DNA from: an uncultured Prevotellaceae bacterium
GTDB taxonomy: Bacteria; Bacteroidota; Bacteroidia; Bacteroidales; Bacteroidaceae
Direction: 5' to 3'
NCBI GenBank assembly: GCA_947166155.1
Contig: CAMVDC010000001.1
Location: 1 to 61,465 of the forward strand
DNA: 61,465 nt
The first letter of the stretch is position 1; the number at the start of each line of letters is the position of its first letter. Of the stretch, positions 18,245-27,810 are shown piece by piece. The notes beneath the pieces were generated by a model that worked only from the letters and a program-made list of their open reading frames with translations, ran no database searches and was not told the DNA's origin. A program made the translations under genes and the position numbers.

Positions 18245-18306
18245 ATCCGTAAATTGTAAATCCAATAAGTTCCTCCTATCTCCTAAAAAATAAATAGTAA
18301 ATCATA
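18161..18306 (+). repeat. composite intergenic cassette (C-run/G-run hairpins, then CCATCCGGATGG, then GTAAAT words)
   Basis: CCTCCCCTAACCCCTCCCAAGG occurs twice, then GGAGGGGAATTCCATCCGGATGGAA (16-bp palindrome at 18215-18230), then ATGGTAAATGGTAAATCCGTAAATTGTAAATCC...TAAATAGTAAATC. It covers the prmC 3' end and the prmC-recX gap. Confidence 0.8.
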
Positions 18307-18325
18307 TCGGCTTTCCTTTAACACA

Positions 18326-18766
18326 ATGAAACCCATCAGTCCCGAGTCGGCCCTTTCGCGTTTACAAGCATTATGCTCACGCAGCGAACAATGTGAGTCG
18401 CATGTGCGTCAGCTTCTCATGCGTTGGCAGATACCGTCGGCCGAAGCCGACCGAATAGTCGACCGTCTCGTCGAAGACCACTATATCGACCATTCGCGCT
18501 ATGCCCAGGCCTACGTCCACGATCACCTCATGTTCGACCACTGGGGGCCACTTCGCATAGCCCAAGCACTCAGGCAGATGCACATCGACTCCGACATCAT
18601 CGACCATGCTATCAGCCAAATCGACCACGACACCGTTGTCGATGCCCTCACCCACGTCATTAGCCAACGCATGCGCAGCGACTCCGACCCCGACCGCATT
18701 ATCCGCTATGCCATGCAACGCGGATTTACCTACAGCGACATAAGCCAAGTAATAAGAGAGTTATAA
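18326..18766 (+). CDS. recX: RecX family regulatory protein
   Basis: 146 aa, all-helical. ALSRLQALCSRSEQCESHVRQLLMRW...VDRLVEDHYIDHSRYAQAYV is the typical RecX repeat pattern. Confidence 0.75.
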   Translation: MKPISPESALSRLQALCSRSEQCESHVRQLLMRWQIPSAEADRIVDRLVEDHYIDHSRYAQAYVHDHLMFDHWGPLRIAQALRQMHIDSDIIDHAISQIDHDTVVDALTHVISQRMRSDSDPDRIIRYAMQRGFTYSDISQVIREL

Positions 18767-18786
18767 CTCAAAAAAAACAGTTCTTT

Positions 18787-19503
18787 ATGTCAGCAGTGAA
18801 GATAGTAGCAAGTATTTTCAACCTGTTCTTTCCACGCTACTGCGTGTTGTGCAACCAGCGACTCACCATCAGCGAGCACCATATATGCCAGCAATGTTTC
18901 AGTGCGCTGCCACTCACTCAGGGTCATTACATGCCAGGCAACATCATGGAACAATCGTTTTGGGGACTCATGCCCATCGAGCGTGCCACGGCATTCTTCT
19001 ACTATTCTGCCCACGAAGTGAGAACCTTAGTCCATGCTGCCAAATATCACAAACACCCCATGGTGGCACAACATGTGACACAGATGCTGACACGCGACAT
19101 GATACCATCGGGTTTCTTCAAGTCAATCGATGCCATCATACCAGTGCCTATACATACTATGCGCGAACTGAAGCGTGGCTACAACCAAAGTCTCTATATA
19201 GCCCAAGGCATCAGCATCGAAACCGGATTACCGATTCTGCCGCATGCTGTGATACGAACAAGATATACCGATAGCCAGACCCACAAAAATGTGATGGAGC
19301 GTAGAGAAAACATGGAGAATGTGTTCAGAGTCGTTGACAATAAAAGCATCAAAGGTAAACACCTGCTATTGGTCGATGATGTAATCACTTCGGCCGCCAC
19401 GATATCATCGCTGGCACTCGAACTCACAGCCGCTGGATGTAGTAAGATATCAATTCTGAGCATGGCTTATGCATCACCACACATAATCTTACCACAACCA
19501 TGA
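18787..19503 (+). CDS. comF: ComF family protein (phosphoribosyltransferase-like)
   Basis: N-terminal Cys pairs (CVLCNQ...CQQC) plus the PRTase motif LLLVDDVITSAATI. Its stop overlaps the comEC start (ATGA). Confidence 0.8.
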   Translation: MSAVKIVASIFNLFFPRYCVLCNQRLTISEHHICQQCFSALPLTQGHYMPGNIMEQSFWGLMPIERATAFFYYSAHEVRTLVHAAKYHKHPMVAQHVTQMLTRDMIPSGFFKSIDAIIPVPIHTMRELKRGYNQSLYIAQGISIETGLPILPHAVIRTRYTDSQTHKNVMERRENMENVFRVVDNKSIKGKHLLLVDDVITSAATISSLALELTAAGCSKISILSMAYASPHIILPQP

Positions 19504-21131
19504 AACATCCAACCCTCCCGCTGCTACTCGCTTTAGTCATTGGCATTGCTGTCGGCTATGCCTTGAACTTCCACATCGTTTTGTCGGTGCCAGTGTTGGT
19601 AGTGGCAGTGGTGATGATGGCAGTGGTGATGATTGTACTTGGAAAACGCTCAACACGGATGACGTTCAGCGTTGCGGTCATGATAACATTTGTCGTTATT
19701 GGTATGCTGAGATACCGATTTGAGCACGATTGCATTGCCAACAGGGTGGCCGACGGTACTCACTACATCACTGGCACGGTGTGTGAGATTCCGCGTCATA
19801 AGCCTAAAACCTATGAAGTAACCGTCAAGACCGACGAGGGAAGGCGTATCGTTGCATACCTTGAGCGTGGCGAAAAGGCCAATATGGGCGACAGGATAGC
19901 AATATATACAAGTCGAGGAACGCAATCTACATGGAATCCCAACGACAAACCATATGGCAGCGATGATGCCGAGCAAATCATCATGCGCTATCGTCGCAAC
20001 CTTTATCTGCAAGGCATATCGGCCACATGCTATGCCGATTCGCTCTCGTGGAGAATTATAAACGACAAAGATGTTGGTCACACATCATTCCTCGAGCGTC
20101 TGCATCAGTTGCAGGCATATATGGTTGAGGCCTACACAGCATCGGGACTCGATGGTGATGAGGGTGCCATAATCCAAGCCATCACCACTGGTAGCAAGAC
20201 ACAGATATCGCCCGCATTGCGACAGCAGTACTCACGTTCGGGCTTAAGCCATCTGCTTGCACTCTCGGGTTTCCACCTCACCATCATTTACTTCATACTT
20301 CAGTTCATTATGGCTGCTCAACTGCTGTCTGGTCGTCGCCGCCTGTTGGCCGACATCGGTACGCTGGTCGCCATTTGGACATTCGTCGTCATCACTGGGG
20401 CTCCGCCTTCATTGCTCAGGGCGGCCATCATGTGCAGCCTGCTCACACTGGGCAATTCCATCAGCATATCATACGATTTGCTCACCGACAAAATGTCGGT
20501 TAAGATAGGCACAAACCTCGATGAAATGGGGAAAAACCGGGGATTAAACTCTTTGATACTGGCAGCAATTATAATGCTTCTATGCAATCCTTTTTACTTG
20601 TTCCAACTTTCATTCCAACTCTCGTTTGCTGCGATGCTGGCCATCGTCATGTGTAGCGACATCACTTCTGCCATCTTGCTTCGCCTTCGTTTGGGCTTGC
20701 CAGTAAATAAGTTGGGGAGAATGGTGGTAAAGACAGTCAACTTCATCATACAATATGTAGCAGGCAGCATTGTCATCAGCACTATTTCTGCCGTAGCAAC
20801 CATGCCGCTTGTTGCATATCATTTCCAGATAATATCGATAGTATCGCCCATCACCACACTTATTGCCACTCCGCTCACTTTGGTCCTCATCGTGCTCGCT
20901 ATTGTATGGTGGGTCGTTCATCTGTTTGCCATCGACCCACAAGCCATAAGCCTTGGCTTGAAGAGGACGGCAGAACAGATGAACGACTTGAGCCGCTGGA
21001 CATCCCAACACGACTGGAGCAGCTATGGTATCGAGATCAACGTCGTTACCGTAGTGGCTATGTATGCCTTGGTGGTGGTGATTTACCTTATGCTACGTAT
21101 TCTGCTTCGTAGGTTGGAGTGGATAGAATAA
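19500..21131 (+). CDS. comEC: ComEC/Rec2 family competence membrane protein
   Basis: Polytopic membrane protein with the signature SGLSHLLALSGFHLTI. No C-terminal metallo-beta-lactamase domain. Confidence 0.8.
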   Translation: MKHPTLPLLLALVIGIAVGYALNFHIVLSVPVLVVAVVMMAVVMIVLGKRSTRMTFSVAVMITFVVIGMLRYRFEHDCIANRVADGTHYITGTVCEIPRHKPKTYEVTVKTDEGRRIVAYLERGEKANMGDRIAIYTSRGTQSTWNPNDKPYGSDDAEQIIMRYRRNLYLQGISATCYADSLSWRIINDKDVGHTSFLERLHQLQAYMVEAYTASGLDGDEGAIIQAITTGSKTQISPALRQQYSRSGLSHLLALSGFHLTIIYFILQFIMAAQLLSGRRRLLADIGTLVAIWTFVVITGAPPSLLRAAIMCSLLTLGNSISISYDLLTDKMSVKIGTNLDEMGKNRGLNSLILAAIIMLLCNPFYLFQLSFQLSFAAMLAIVMCSDITSAILLRLRLGLPVNKLGRMVVKTVNFIIQYVAGSIVISTISAVATMPLVAYHFQIISIVSPITTLIATPLTLVLIVLAIVWWVVHLFAIDPQAISLGLKRTAEQMNDLSRWTSQHDWSSYGIEINVVTVVAMYALVVVIYLMLRILLRRLEWIE

Positions 21132-21149
21132 TGGCCAGTTGATGTGGGT

Positions 21150-22106
21150 TTACTGTGCCATGACCAGGTAGGTGTAGTAGGCAATAGCCACTACAACAAG
21201 CACGCTGCCTTTCCAACGATTGACGATATGGCGCCTACTGATTAGGAGCAGTAGTGTGAGCAGGGTGATGGATAGGGCCATGACTGCGAGGTCGACGTAG
21301 TTGATGCCCTCGGGGCGGATTGGGGTGATGGTGGCCGATGTGCCCACGATGAGCAGTATGTTGAAGATATTGCTACCAACCACGTTGCCCATTGCCATGT
21401 CGGTATCGCCTTTGCGAGCTGCTATGACCGAGGTGGCCAGTTCAGGCAGTGAGGTTCCTATGGCTACGATGGTGAGTGCGATTATCGACTGACTCACTCC
21501 GAGGCGTGTAGCTATGTCGGAAGCACTGTCGACAAACCAGTCGCCACCGATGATGAGCATGGCAAGACCAAGCACTATGTAGAGTATCTGTTTCCATATC
21601 GGCATGATTTCCGACGAGGTGGTGGAGTCTTTCTCGGGACGCCCTTGCCTCAGTGTTTGCCAGATGGAGAACGACAGATATATGAAGAACAAAACGAGCA
21701 GCATGATGCCCTCCATGCGGCTTATCTGCATCTGCGGTTTGACGAAGAACAGCAGTGTGGGCAGGAGGATGGCTATGGCGAGGTTGACGGGTATGTCGCG
21801 ACGCAGCAGTGCTCCACGACACACTACCGGACAAAACAGGGCTGTGATGCCCACCACGGCCAGGGTGTTAAATATGTTGCTGCCAACTACGTTACCGAGC
21901 GACATGTCGGAGTTGCCCTTTGTGGCTGATATGGTGCTGACTACAAACTCGGGCAGTGATGTGCCAAATGCCACAATGGTGAGACCTATGATTAGCGAGG
22001 GAACTCGCAATCGTTTTGCCAACGAACTGCCGCCGTCGGTGAGCAGGTCGGCTCCCTTGACAACGAGAAACAGACCTACGAGAAATTGAATGATGTCGAG
22101 TGTCAT
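21150..22106 (-). CDS. calcium/sodium antiporter (CaCA/YrbG family)
   Basis: Two internal alpha-repeats: GTSLPEFVVSTISATKGNSDMSLGNVVGSNIFN and GTSLPELATSVIAARKGDTDMAMGNVVGSNIFN. Confidence 0.9.
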   Translation of the reverse strand: MTLDIIQFLVGLFLVVKGADLLTDGGSSLAKRLRVPSLIIGLTIVAFGTSLPEFVVSTISATKGNSDMSLGNVVGSNIFNTLAVVGITALFCPVVCRGALLRRDIPVNLAIAILLPTLLFFVKPQMQISRMEGIMLLVLFFIYLSFSIWQTLRQGRPEKDSTTSSEIMPIWKQILYIVLGLAMLIIGGDWFVDSASDIATRLGVSQSIIALTIVAIGTSLPELATSVIAARKGDTDMAMGNVVGSNIFNILLIVGTSATITPIRPEGINYVDLAVMALSITLLTLLLLISRRHIVNRWKGSVLVVVAIAYYTYLVMAQ

Positions 22107-22107
22107 T

Positions 22108-22262
22108 TTTTATAATGAATAATTTATAATGTTATAATGAATAATGAATAATGAATAATGAATAGCTGATGTCTATCTTCAATCATCTTCATCTATCATC
22201 AATCATCTATCATCTATCATCTATCATTTATCATCAATCATCTATCATCAATCATCAATCAT
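22108..22262 (-). repeat. AATGAATA word repeats plus ATCATCTATC word repeats
   Basis: 22108-22170 reads TATAATGAATAATTTATAATGTTATAATGAATAATGAATAATGAATAGCTGATG. 22170-22262 holds about nine degenerate (C)ATCTATCAT/CAATCAT units. Together they fill the gap between the DUF2752 gene and the antiporter start. Confidence 0.8.
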
Positions 22263-22281
22263 CTTTTATCAATTATGTAGG

Positions 22282-22677
22282 TTAAATTGACAATATGTTT
22301 CTGACCACTCCCCAGCCGATGAAGATGATGAGCGCTGCGATTTGTGCTTTGCGATTGTTGACAAGTTGCCTGATGGATTCGAGTGCTTTGATGTCGGTGT
22401 ATTCGGCAACGAGGATGACGATGGTCAGCGGAATGACGAGCACGAGGAAGTAGTTGTAGCTGAAAGCCTCGATGAAATGGCCGTGGAGCATGGCATGCAG
22501 GCTGCGTTGCAACCCACACAATGGGCATGCAAGTCCTGTTAACAGCCTCAACGGACATTGTGGCAACAGTATGTGTCCCGTGTCGGATGGGTCGACAAAA
22601 TAATACACCACCCCTACTGCTGCCAGTGTGAGCAGCAGCATGGGTGGTATGCTTGTCTTACTCGAGGGTGAGTTCAT
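22282..22677 (-). CDS. DUF2752 domain membrane protein
   Basis: CPLRLLTGLACPLCGLQRSLHAML is the characteristic DUF2752 cysteine motif. The alternative start at 22641 would remove the 20-nt overlap with the upstream gene. Confidence 0.65.
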   Translation of the reverse strand: MNSPSSKTSIPPMLLLTLAAVGVVYYFVDPSDTGHILLPQCPLRLLTGLACPLCGLQRSLHAMLHGHFIEAFSYNYFLVLVIPLTIVILVAEYTDIKALESIRQLVNNRKAQIAALIIFIGWGVVRNILSI

Positions 22678-24760
22678 TGATTATGCGTTTAGCTTTGCCG
22701 TATTTCTCGATGACCGAGAGCACGTAGCGTATATCGACACCGATGCATCGCTGCAGGCGGTTGTCGAACTTCAGGTCGCCGCTCATGGCTTCCCAGTTGC
22801 CGTCGAAGGCAAGTCCGATGAGTCGGCCTTTGCCGTCGAACATGCCGCTGCCGCTGTTGCCGCCAGTGATGTCGTTGTTGGTGAGGAAGCAGAGTGGCAT
22901 CTGTCCGAGTTCGGGGTCGATGTATCGGTTGCCAAACTTGCCTTTCTTCAGCCACTTGTAGACCGATGGCAGGAGTTGGTAGTCGTAGTTGTCGGGGTTT
23001 TGCTCATATTTGTTGATGAGCGACTGAGGCAGTGTGTAGTGCACGTAGTTGGTGGTAGGTGATGGTGAATAGCCCTCAACGATGCCGAAGCTGAGTCGCA
23101 GTGTGAAGTTGGCATCGGGGTAGTATTCTTTGTCGTGGTTCATCTCGCGCAGTGCATTGCCCAGCAGGCGCTCATACTCGTCGATAGGTGTTTGTTCATA
23201 ACACTCGTAGATTTTGGTGATAACACTCACCGCGATGTCGAACATAGGGTCGGCATATATGTCTTCGATTGATGAAATCTGGCTGAGTGCCTCGCGGTTG
23301 GTGAGCTTCGAGTTTGAGTAGATGAAGTCGGTGAAACGGTCTACGTCGGAAGCATAAAGTGAGTCGATTGTGCCGATGAAATCGGGCCAATAGTTGCGAT
23401 TTATTGCTTGTCGGCGATAGTTCTTTATCATAGCAGCAAACACTTTCTTGTCGACATCGATGTCGATATCCTTGTAGGCTTTCTCTATGGCTTTCTTCAG
23501 TGCTGCTGATTCGTCGTCTTCTTGCAGGCGGCGCATCATCTGGCGTATGGTGAACTGCAGGATGTCGCTGCCGCTGTAGAACGACTCTTCGAGCAGGGTC
23601 ATGGTGTATTGGTTGTTGAAGTTCTCGGCATAGAGGTTGCGCAGCGAGTCGAGTATTCCTATGTATTGTTTCTTGCCGTTGGCACGTGCCCAGCGGTCGA
23701 TTTCGGCCTCGAGTGTGCGTTTCTCTGCAATCACGTCGAGGTCTTGCAGTGCTTTGTTCTGTCCCAGCGAGAATTTCCAGTAGTTAGAACTGCTGGCATA
23801 CTTCGAGGCATACATGATGCGTGTCTGGTCGGATTGCTTCATTGCCTCGTCGAGGATGCCGAGCTTCACTGTGCGCACGCTGTAGCGCAGGTCGTTGGTG
23901 GTGTGCATCGTGTTGTCTATTCCGTAGCTGCTGAGGTAGCGGTCGGTGCTGCCGGGATAGCCCAGGGTCATGCAGTATGATCCTGGCTGATAGCCTTGGG
24001 TCGACACGTGTGCATAGCTTACGGGGTGGAGTGGTACGTTGTCGGCACTGTATTCGGCTGGTGTGCCGTCGGGTGCGGCATAGATGCGGAACACACTGAA
24101 GTCGCATGTCTGTCGTGGCCACATCCAGTTGTCGGTGTCGCCGCCGAATTTGCCCAGACTCTGTGGTGGTGCAAACACAAGGCGCACGTCGTCGTAGCGC
24201 TGATATACCGACAGGTAGTATTTGCTGCCGCGGTAGTAGGGGGTCACTTCGCCGTATATGCTCTTTACGGTGTCGAGCACTTCGGCATGAATCACTTGTG
24301 TGACACTGTCGATTTTCAGTGCTTTTATCTGCTCGTCCATATCGGAATTGATGCACGAGAGCACGCGTTCGCTCACGTCTTCGGTGCGCAAGTGGAAAGC
24401 CACATAGAGTTCAGGGTTGGGCAGTTCGTCCTTCAGCCGTTTGGCCACAAATCCGTTTTTCAGGTAGTCGTGACGAGTGGTCGAGTGTTCTTGTATGGCA
24501 TCGAATCCGCAGTGGTGGTTTGTAAACACGAGTCCGTCGGGGCTCACCACGACTCCAGAGCAGAAACCGCCGAACATGACTATGGCTCCGTTGAGCGATG
24601 GCCCGTTGGGGTTGTAGAGTTGTTCGGGTGTCAGTTCAAGTCCCATTTGGTGGAGGTGGTTCCATGTGTTTCCCGACATGTTGCCAATCATCCACATTCC
24701 TTCATCGGCACGTGCGAGCATCGATGCTATGCACATAGCCGTTAATAGCAGTTTCTTCAT
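22658..24760 (-). CDS. S46 family dipeptidyl-peptidase (DPP7/DPP11-like)
   Basis: 700 aa. Signal peptide followed by ADEGMWM, a hallmark of the S46 N-terminus. TNHHCG (catalytic His) and the C-terminal GGNSGSGMF (catalytic Ser). Confidence 0.9.
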   Translation of the reverse strand: MKKLLLTAMCIASMLARADEGMWMIGNMSGNTWNHLHQMGLELTPEQLYNPNGPSLNGAIVMFGGFCSGVVVSPDGLVFTNHHCGFDAIQEHSTTRHDYLKNGFVAKRLKDELPNPELYVAFHLRTEDVSERVLSCINSDMDEQIKALKIDSVTQVIHAEVLDTVKSIYGEVTPYYRGSKYYLSVYQRYDDVRLVFAPPQSLGKFGGDTDNWMWPRQTCDFSVFRIYAAPDGTPAEYSADNVPLHPVSYAHVSTQGYQPGSYCMTLGYPGSTDRYLSSYGIDNTMHTTNDLRYSVRTVKLGILDEAMKQSDQTRIMYASKYASSSNYWKFSLGQNKALQDLDVIAEKRTLEAEIDRWARANGKKQYIGILDSLRNLYAENFNNQYTMTLLEESFYSGSDILQFTIRQMMRRLQEDDESAALKKAIEKAYKDIDIDVDKKVFAAMIKNYRRQAINRNYWPDFIGTIDSLYASDVDRFTDFIYSNSKLTNREALSQISSIEDIYADPMFDIAVSVITKIYECYEQTPIDEYERLLGNALREMNHDKEYYPDANFTLRLSFGIVEGYSPSPTTNYVHYTLPQSLINKYEQNPDNYDYQLLPSVYKWLKKGKFGNRYIDPELGQMPLCFLTNNDITGGNSGSGMFDGKGRLIGLAFDGNWEAMSGDLKFDNRLQRCIGVDIRYVLSVIEKYGKAKRIINELTLE

Positions 24761-24775
24761 TGTCTTTATTTACAA

Positions 24776-26263
24776 CTATTTATTATTGTTTGTTATCTTT
24801 CGATGTCTGTCGAAATACTTTCCTACGACGGGTATCGACTTCGGTGGCAGGTCGTGATACAGCACATGTGCTATGAACAGGACAACGAACACAGTGCCTA
24901 TTGCCATCTTGGGCAGTGGCTTATCGACGAGTCCCATAGCGTAGCGCATGGCGAAATACATCGCAACCGTAATGACTATGTATGTAGTGATGGTCTTCAG
25001 GTCGTAGTCTATCTTGTTCTTTTTCTGACCCACTATGTAGGATAATACCATTGCCGTGAAGTATCCGGCAAATCCTGCCCAGGCGCATGCCATATAGCCA
25101 AAATGTGGTATGAACAGATAGTTGACCGCGATGAGCACCACGCATCCACATACTGAGAATATGGCTCCCCAGATGGTTTTGTCGATGAGTTTGTACCAGA
25201 ACGAGAGGTTGAAGTATATGCCCATCATTATTTCGGCTGCCATCACGATGGGCACTATGTCCATGCCCACTCGGTATTCTTCGTCGACAATGCGTTGCAA
25301 CAGTGGCAGATATGCAATGACGCAGATGAATGCAAACAGTGTGAAGATGATGAAGAACTTCATGCCCAGGGCGTAGGTCTCCTTGCTGTCGCGTTCCTTG
25401 GTCTGTGAAAAGACGAAGGGTTCGTAGGCATATCGGAATGCCTGGGTGATCATGGCCATCACCATAGCTACCTTCACGCATGCACCGTAGATTCCCAGTG
25501 CGGCACGTCCCTCTTCGCGTGGCAACACTCGTGGCAGCATCAGTTGTCCTGCCACTTGGTTCAGTATGCCGGCGATGCCCAGAATGAGCAGCGGCCAGGT
25601 ATAGGCCAGCATCGAGCGGCAGTAGTCTTTGTTGAAACGCCAGGGACATTCGCGCAACTCGCCTATGAAGCACAGCATCACCACCGATGTACATATCAGG
25701 TTGATGACCACGGTGTAGGTCACCGTTATTTCCCAGTTGTCCACAAATTTCGGTATGATGGCGTATGCCAGCACATTGAGTGTGCAGCTCAACAGTATGA
25801 ACAGCATCTTCAGGGTGACAAACCTGATGGGGCGTTTCTTGTATCGCAGGTAGCTGAACAGTATTGCCTGGAATGCATCCATGCCCACAATAATTGCCAT
25901 CATGCCTATATACCATGGGTGCTCTTCATATCCCAGTGCAGCCGCCACCTGTGGCAGCAAGGCCAGCACTGCCGTTACGAACACGAGGGCCACACCGCCC
26001 ACCATGATGAGCGTGGTGCTCAGCACCTCCATCGGGCGTTCTTCCTTGTTCATGAATCTGAAGAAGGTGGTCTCCATGCCAAATGTCAGTATCACCAGCA
26101 CGATGGCTGTCATGGCATACAGGTCGTTCACTATGCCGTAGTCCGACAGGCTTTTCAGGGTGTAGGTGTATAACGGCACGAGCAGGTAGTTGAGAAACCT
26201 GCCCACAATACTGCTGATTCCGTAGATAGCAGTGTCTTTTATCAAGCTTTGAATCTTTGACAT
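24776..26263 (-). CDS. MOP-superfamily polysaccharide/oligosaccharide flippase (Wzx-like)
   Basis: 495-aa protein with ~14 TM segments. N-terminus KDTAIYGISSIVGRFLNYLLVPLYT is typical of polysaccharide biosynthesis (Wzx) proteins. Confidence 0.7.
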   Translation of the reverse strand: MSKIQSLIKDTAIYGISSIVGRFLNYLLVPLYTYTLKSLSDYGIVNDLYAMTAIVLVILTFGMETTFFRFMNKEERPMEVLSTTLIMVGGVALVFVTAVLALLPQVAAALGYEEHPWYIGMMAIIVGMDAFQAILFSYLRYKKRPIRFVTLKMLFILLSCTLNVLAYAIIPKFVDNWEITVTYTVVINLICTSVVMLCFIGELRECPWRFNKDYCRSMLAYTWPLLILGIAGILNQVAGQLMLPRVLPREEGRAALGIYGACVKVAMVMAMITQAFRYAYEPFVFSQTKERDSKETYALGMKFFIIFTLFAFICVIAYLPLLQRIVDEEYRVGMDIVPIVMAAEIMMGIYFNLSFWYKLIDKTIWGAIFSVCGCVVLIAVNYLFIPHFGYMACAWAGFAGYFTAMVLSYIVGQKKNKIDYDLKTITTYIVITVAMYFAMRYAMGLVDKPLPKMAIGTVFVVLFIAHVLYHDLPPKSIPVVGKYFDRHRKITNNNK

Positions 26264-26268
26264 AGTTT

Positions 26269-27318
26269 TCAGAACAGACTATTCATCCCGCTGTCGCCCT
26301 TGGGGGCATACATGTTGCGGCCCAGGTGTCGGTAGGCCAGTTCGGTCACTTCGCGTCCGCGTGGGGTGCGTTTCAGGAATCCCTCCTTTATGAGGAATGG
26401 CTCATACACTTCCTCCACGGTTCCTGCCTCTTCGCCCACGGCGGTGGCTATGGTACCGATGCCCACGGGTCCGCCACGGAATTTGTCGATTATGGTAGTC
26501 AGTATCTTGTTGTCGATTTCGTCGAGGCCATAGCGGTCGATGTTGAGTGCCTCGAGTGCCACGCGGGCTATATCGGTGTCTATGCTTCCGTTGCCGCGCA
26601 CCTGTGCAAAGTCGCGCACTCGGCGCAAGAGCGCATTGGCAATACGTGGGGTTCCGCGGCTGCGGCTTGCTATCTCGTAGGCCGACTCCTGGTTGCATGG
26701 TATGCCCAGCAGGCGTGCCGAGCGCATGATGATTCGTGCCAACACGTCGGCATCGTAGTATTCGAGGTGGAGGTTGATGCCAAATCGGGCGCGGAGCGGA
26801 GCTGTGAGCAGTCCGCTGCGGGTGGTGGCGCCCACCAGGGTGAATGGGTTGAGGTCTATCTGTATGCTGCGCGCCGAGGGTCCCTTGTCGATCATGATGT
26901 CGATGCGGTAGTCCTCCATGGCCGAGTAGAGATATTCCTCGACCACAGGGCTCAGACGGTGTATCTCGTCGATAAACAGCACGTCGTTTTCCTCGAGCGA
27001 GGTGAGTATGCCGGCCAGGTCGCCCGGCTTGTCGAGCACCGGTCCGCTCGTTATCTTGAATCCCACACCCAGTTCGTTGGCAATAATCTGCGACAGTGTG
27101 GTCTTACCCAGTCCTGGAGGGCCGTGCAGCAGAGTGTGGTCGAGTGGCTCGCCACGATATTTTGCAGCTTCGACAAACACTTTCAGGTTGTCCACAATCT
27201 TGGTCTGTCCGCTGAAGTCGTCGAACCGTAGCGGGCGCAGTGCGTTCTCGAAGTCCTTGTCGCCCTTGCCTGCCACATATTGTTCTTCGTGTATATCAAA
27301 ATCCTTGTCGTTGGTCAT
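26269..27318 (-). CDS. ruvB: Holliday junction branch migration DNA helicase RuvB
   Basis: Walker [11 protein letters not shown], Walker [10 protein letters not shown], and [16 protein letters not shown]. Confidence 0.97.
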   Translation of the reverse strand: MTNDKDFDIHEEQYVAGKGDKDFENALRPLRFDDFSGQTKIVDNLKVFVEAAKYRGEPLDHTLLHGPPGLGKTTLSQIIANELGVGFKITSGPVLDKPGDLAGILTSLEENDVLFIDEIHRLSPVVEEYLYSAMEDYRIDIMIDKGPSARSIQIDLNPFTLVGATTRSGLLTAPLRARFGINLHLEYYDADVLARIIMRSARLLGIPCNQESAYEIASRSRGTPRIANALLRRVRDFAQVRGNGSIDTDIARVALEALNIDRYGLDEIDNKILTTIIDKFRGGPVGIGTIATAVGEEAGTVEEVYEPFLIKEGFLKRTPRGREVTELAYRHLGRNMYAPKGDSGMNSLF

Positions 27319-27371
27319 TCGTTGTACGTCTTTCTTCTTACCATTAAGTACATTTTCTCGTTCTGAGCACG

Positions 27372-27379
27372 CAAAGTTA
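27372..27379 (-). promoter_or_regulatory. Bacteroidota -7 box TAACTTTG (minus strand)
   Basis: The plus strand reads CAAAGTTA, 54 nt upstream of the ruvB start. Confidence 0.5.
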
Positions 27380-27559
27380 CGAAAACATGTAGAAATGAAA
27401 AAATGAAGAAATAAAAAAATGAAGAAATGCAGATGCGAAAGAATGAAAATGCAATGATTTGATAGTTTTGAGGCACAAAAAAACGTGAAAACGCGTGTGC
27501 CGATGCAATAAAAGTCAAAATAATGTGATTAACCTTGCTTGTGTATGAAAAAAAATTAC

Positions 27560-27567
27560 TACCTTTG
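27560..27567 (+). promoter_or_regulatory. Bacteroidota -7 box TACCTTTG
   Basis: Exact TAnnTTTG, 93 nt upstream of tRNA-Asn. Confidence 0.4.
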
Positions 27568-27659
27568 CAGCCGATTCGGACGTACTGAGGTCGTTTTCGA
27601 TATCTTTTGGTGCATCCGATTCAGGTAAAACGAGGGCTCATCACTGATGCCCACACACT

Positions 27660-27733
27660 GCTTCAGTAGCTCAGTCGGTTAGAGCACCTGACTGTTAATC
27701 AGGGGGTCGTTGGTTCAAGTCCATCCTGAAGCG
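27660..27733 (+). tRNA. tRNA-Asn (anticodon GTT)
   Basis: Manual cloverleaf. Acceptor GCTTCAG/CTGAAGC. D-arm GCTC-AGTCGGTTA-GAGC. Anticodon arm CCTGA-CTGTTAA-TCAGG (GTT at 27694-27696). T-arm GTTGG-TTCAAGT-CCATC has one T-T mismatch. CCA is not encoded. A 12-bp hairpin terminator follows. Confidence 0.85.
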
Positions 27734-27744
27734 CAAATCTGGGT

Positions 27745-27787
27745 CCACGGGAATGGAAACAAACCTCCATTCCCGTGGTTTCGGTTT
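27745..27787 (+). terminator. rho-independent terminator after tRNA-Asn
   Basis: CCACGGGAATGG-aaacaaacct-CCATTCCCGTGG is a perfect 12-bp stem, followed by TTTCGGTTT. Confidence 0.7.
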
Positions 27788-27810
27788 AAGCACTTCCTAA
27801 GGAGGAATAA

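Noticed and set aside
27590-27659. Possible structured leader or second RNA gene upstream of tRNA-Asn.
   Set aside because: I could not build a convincing cloverleaf or any other conserved fold. It is most simply the 5' leader from the TACCTTTG promoter at 27560.
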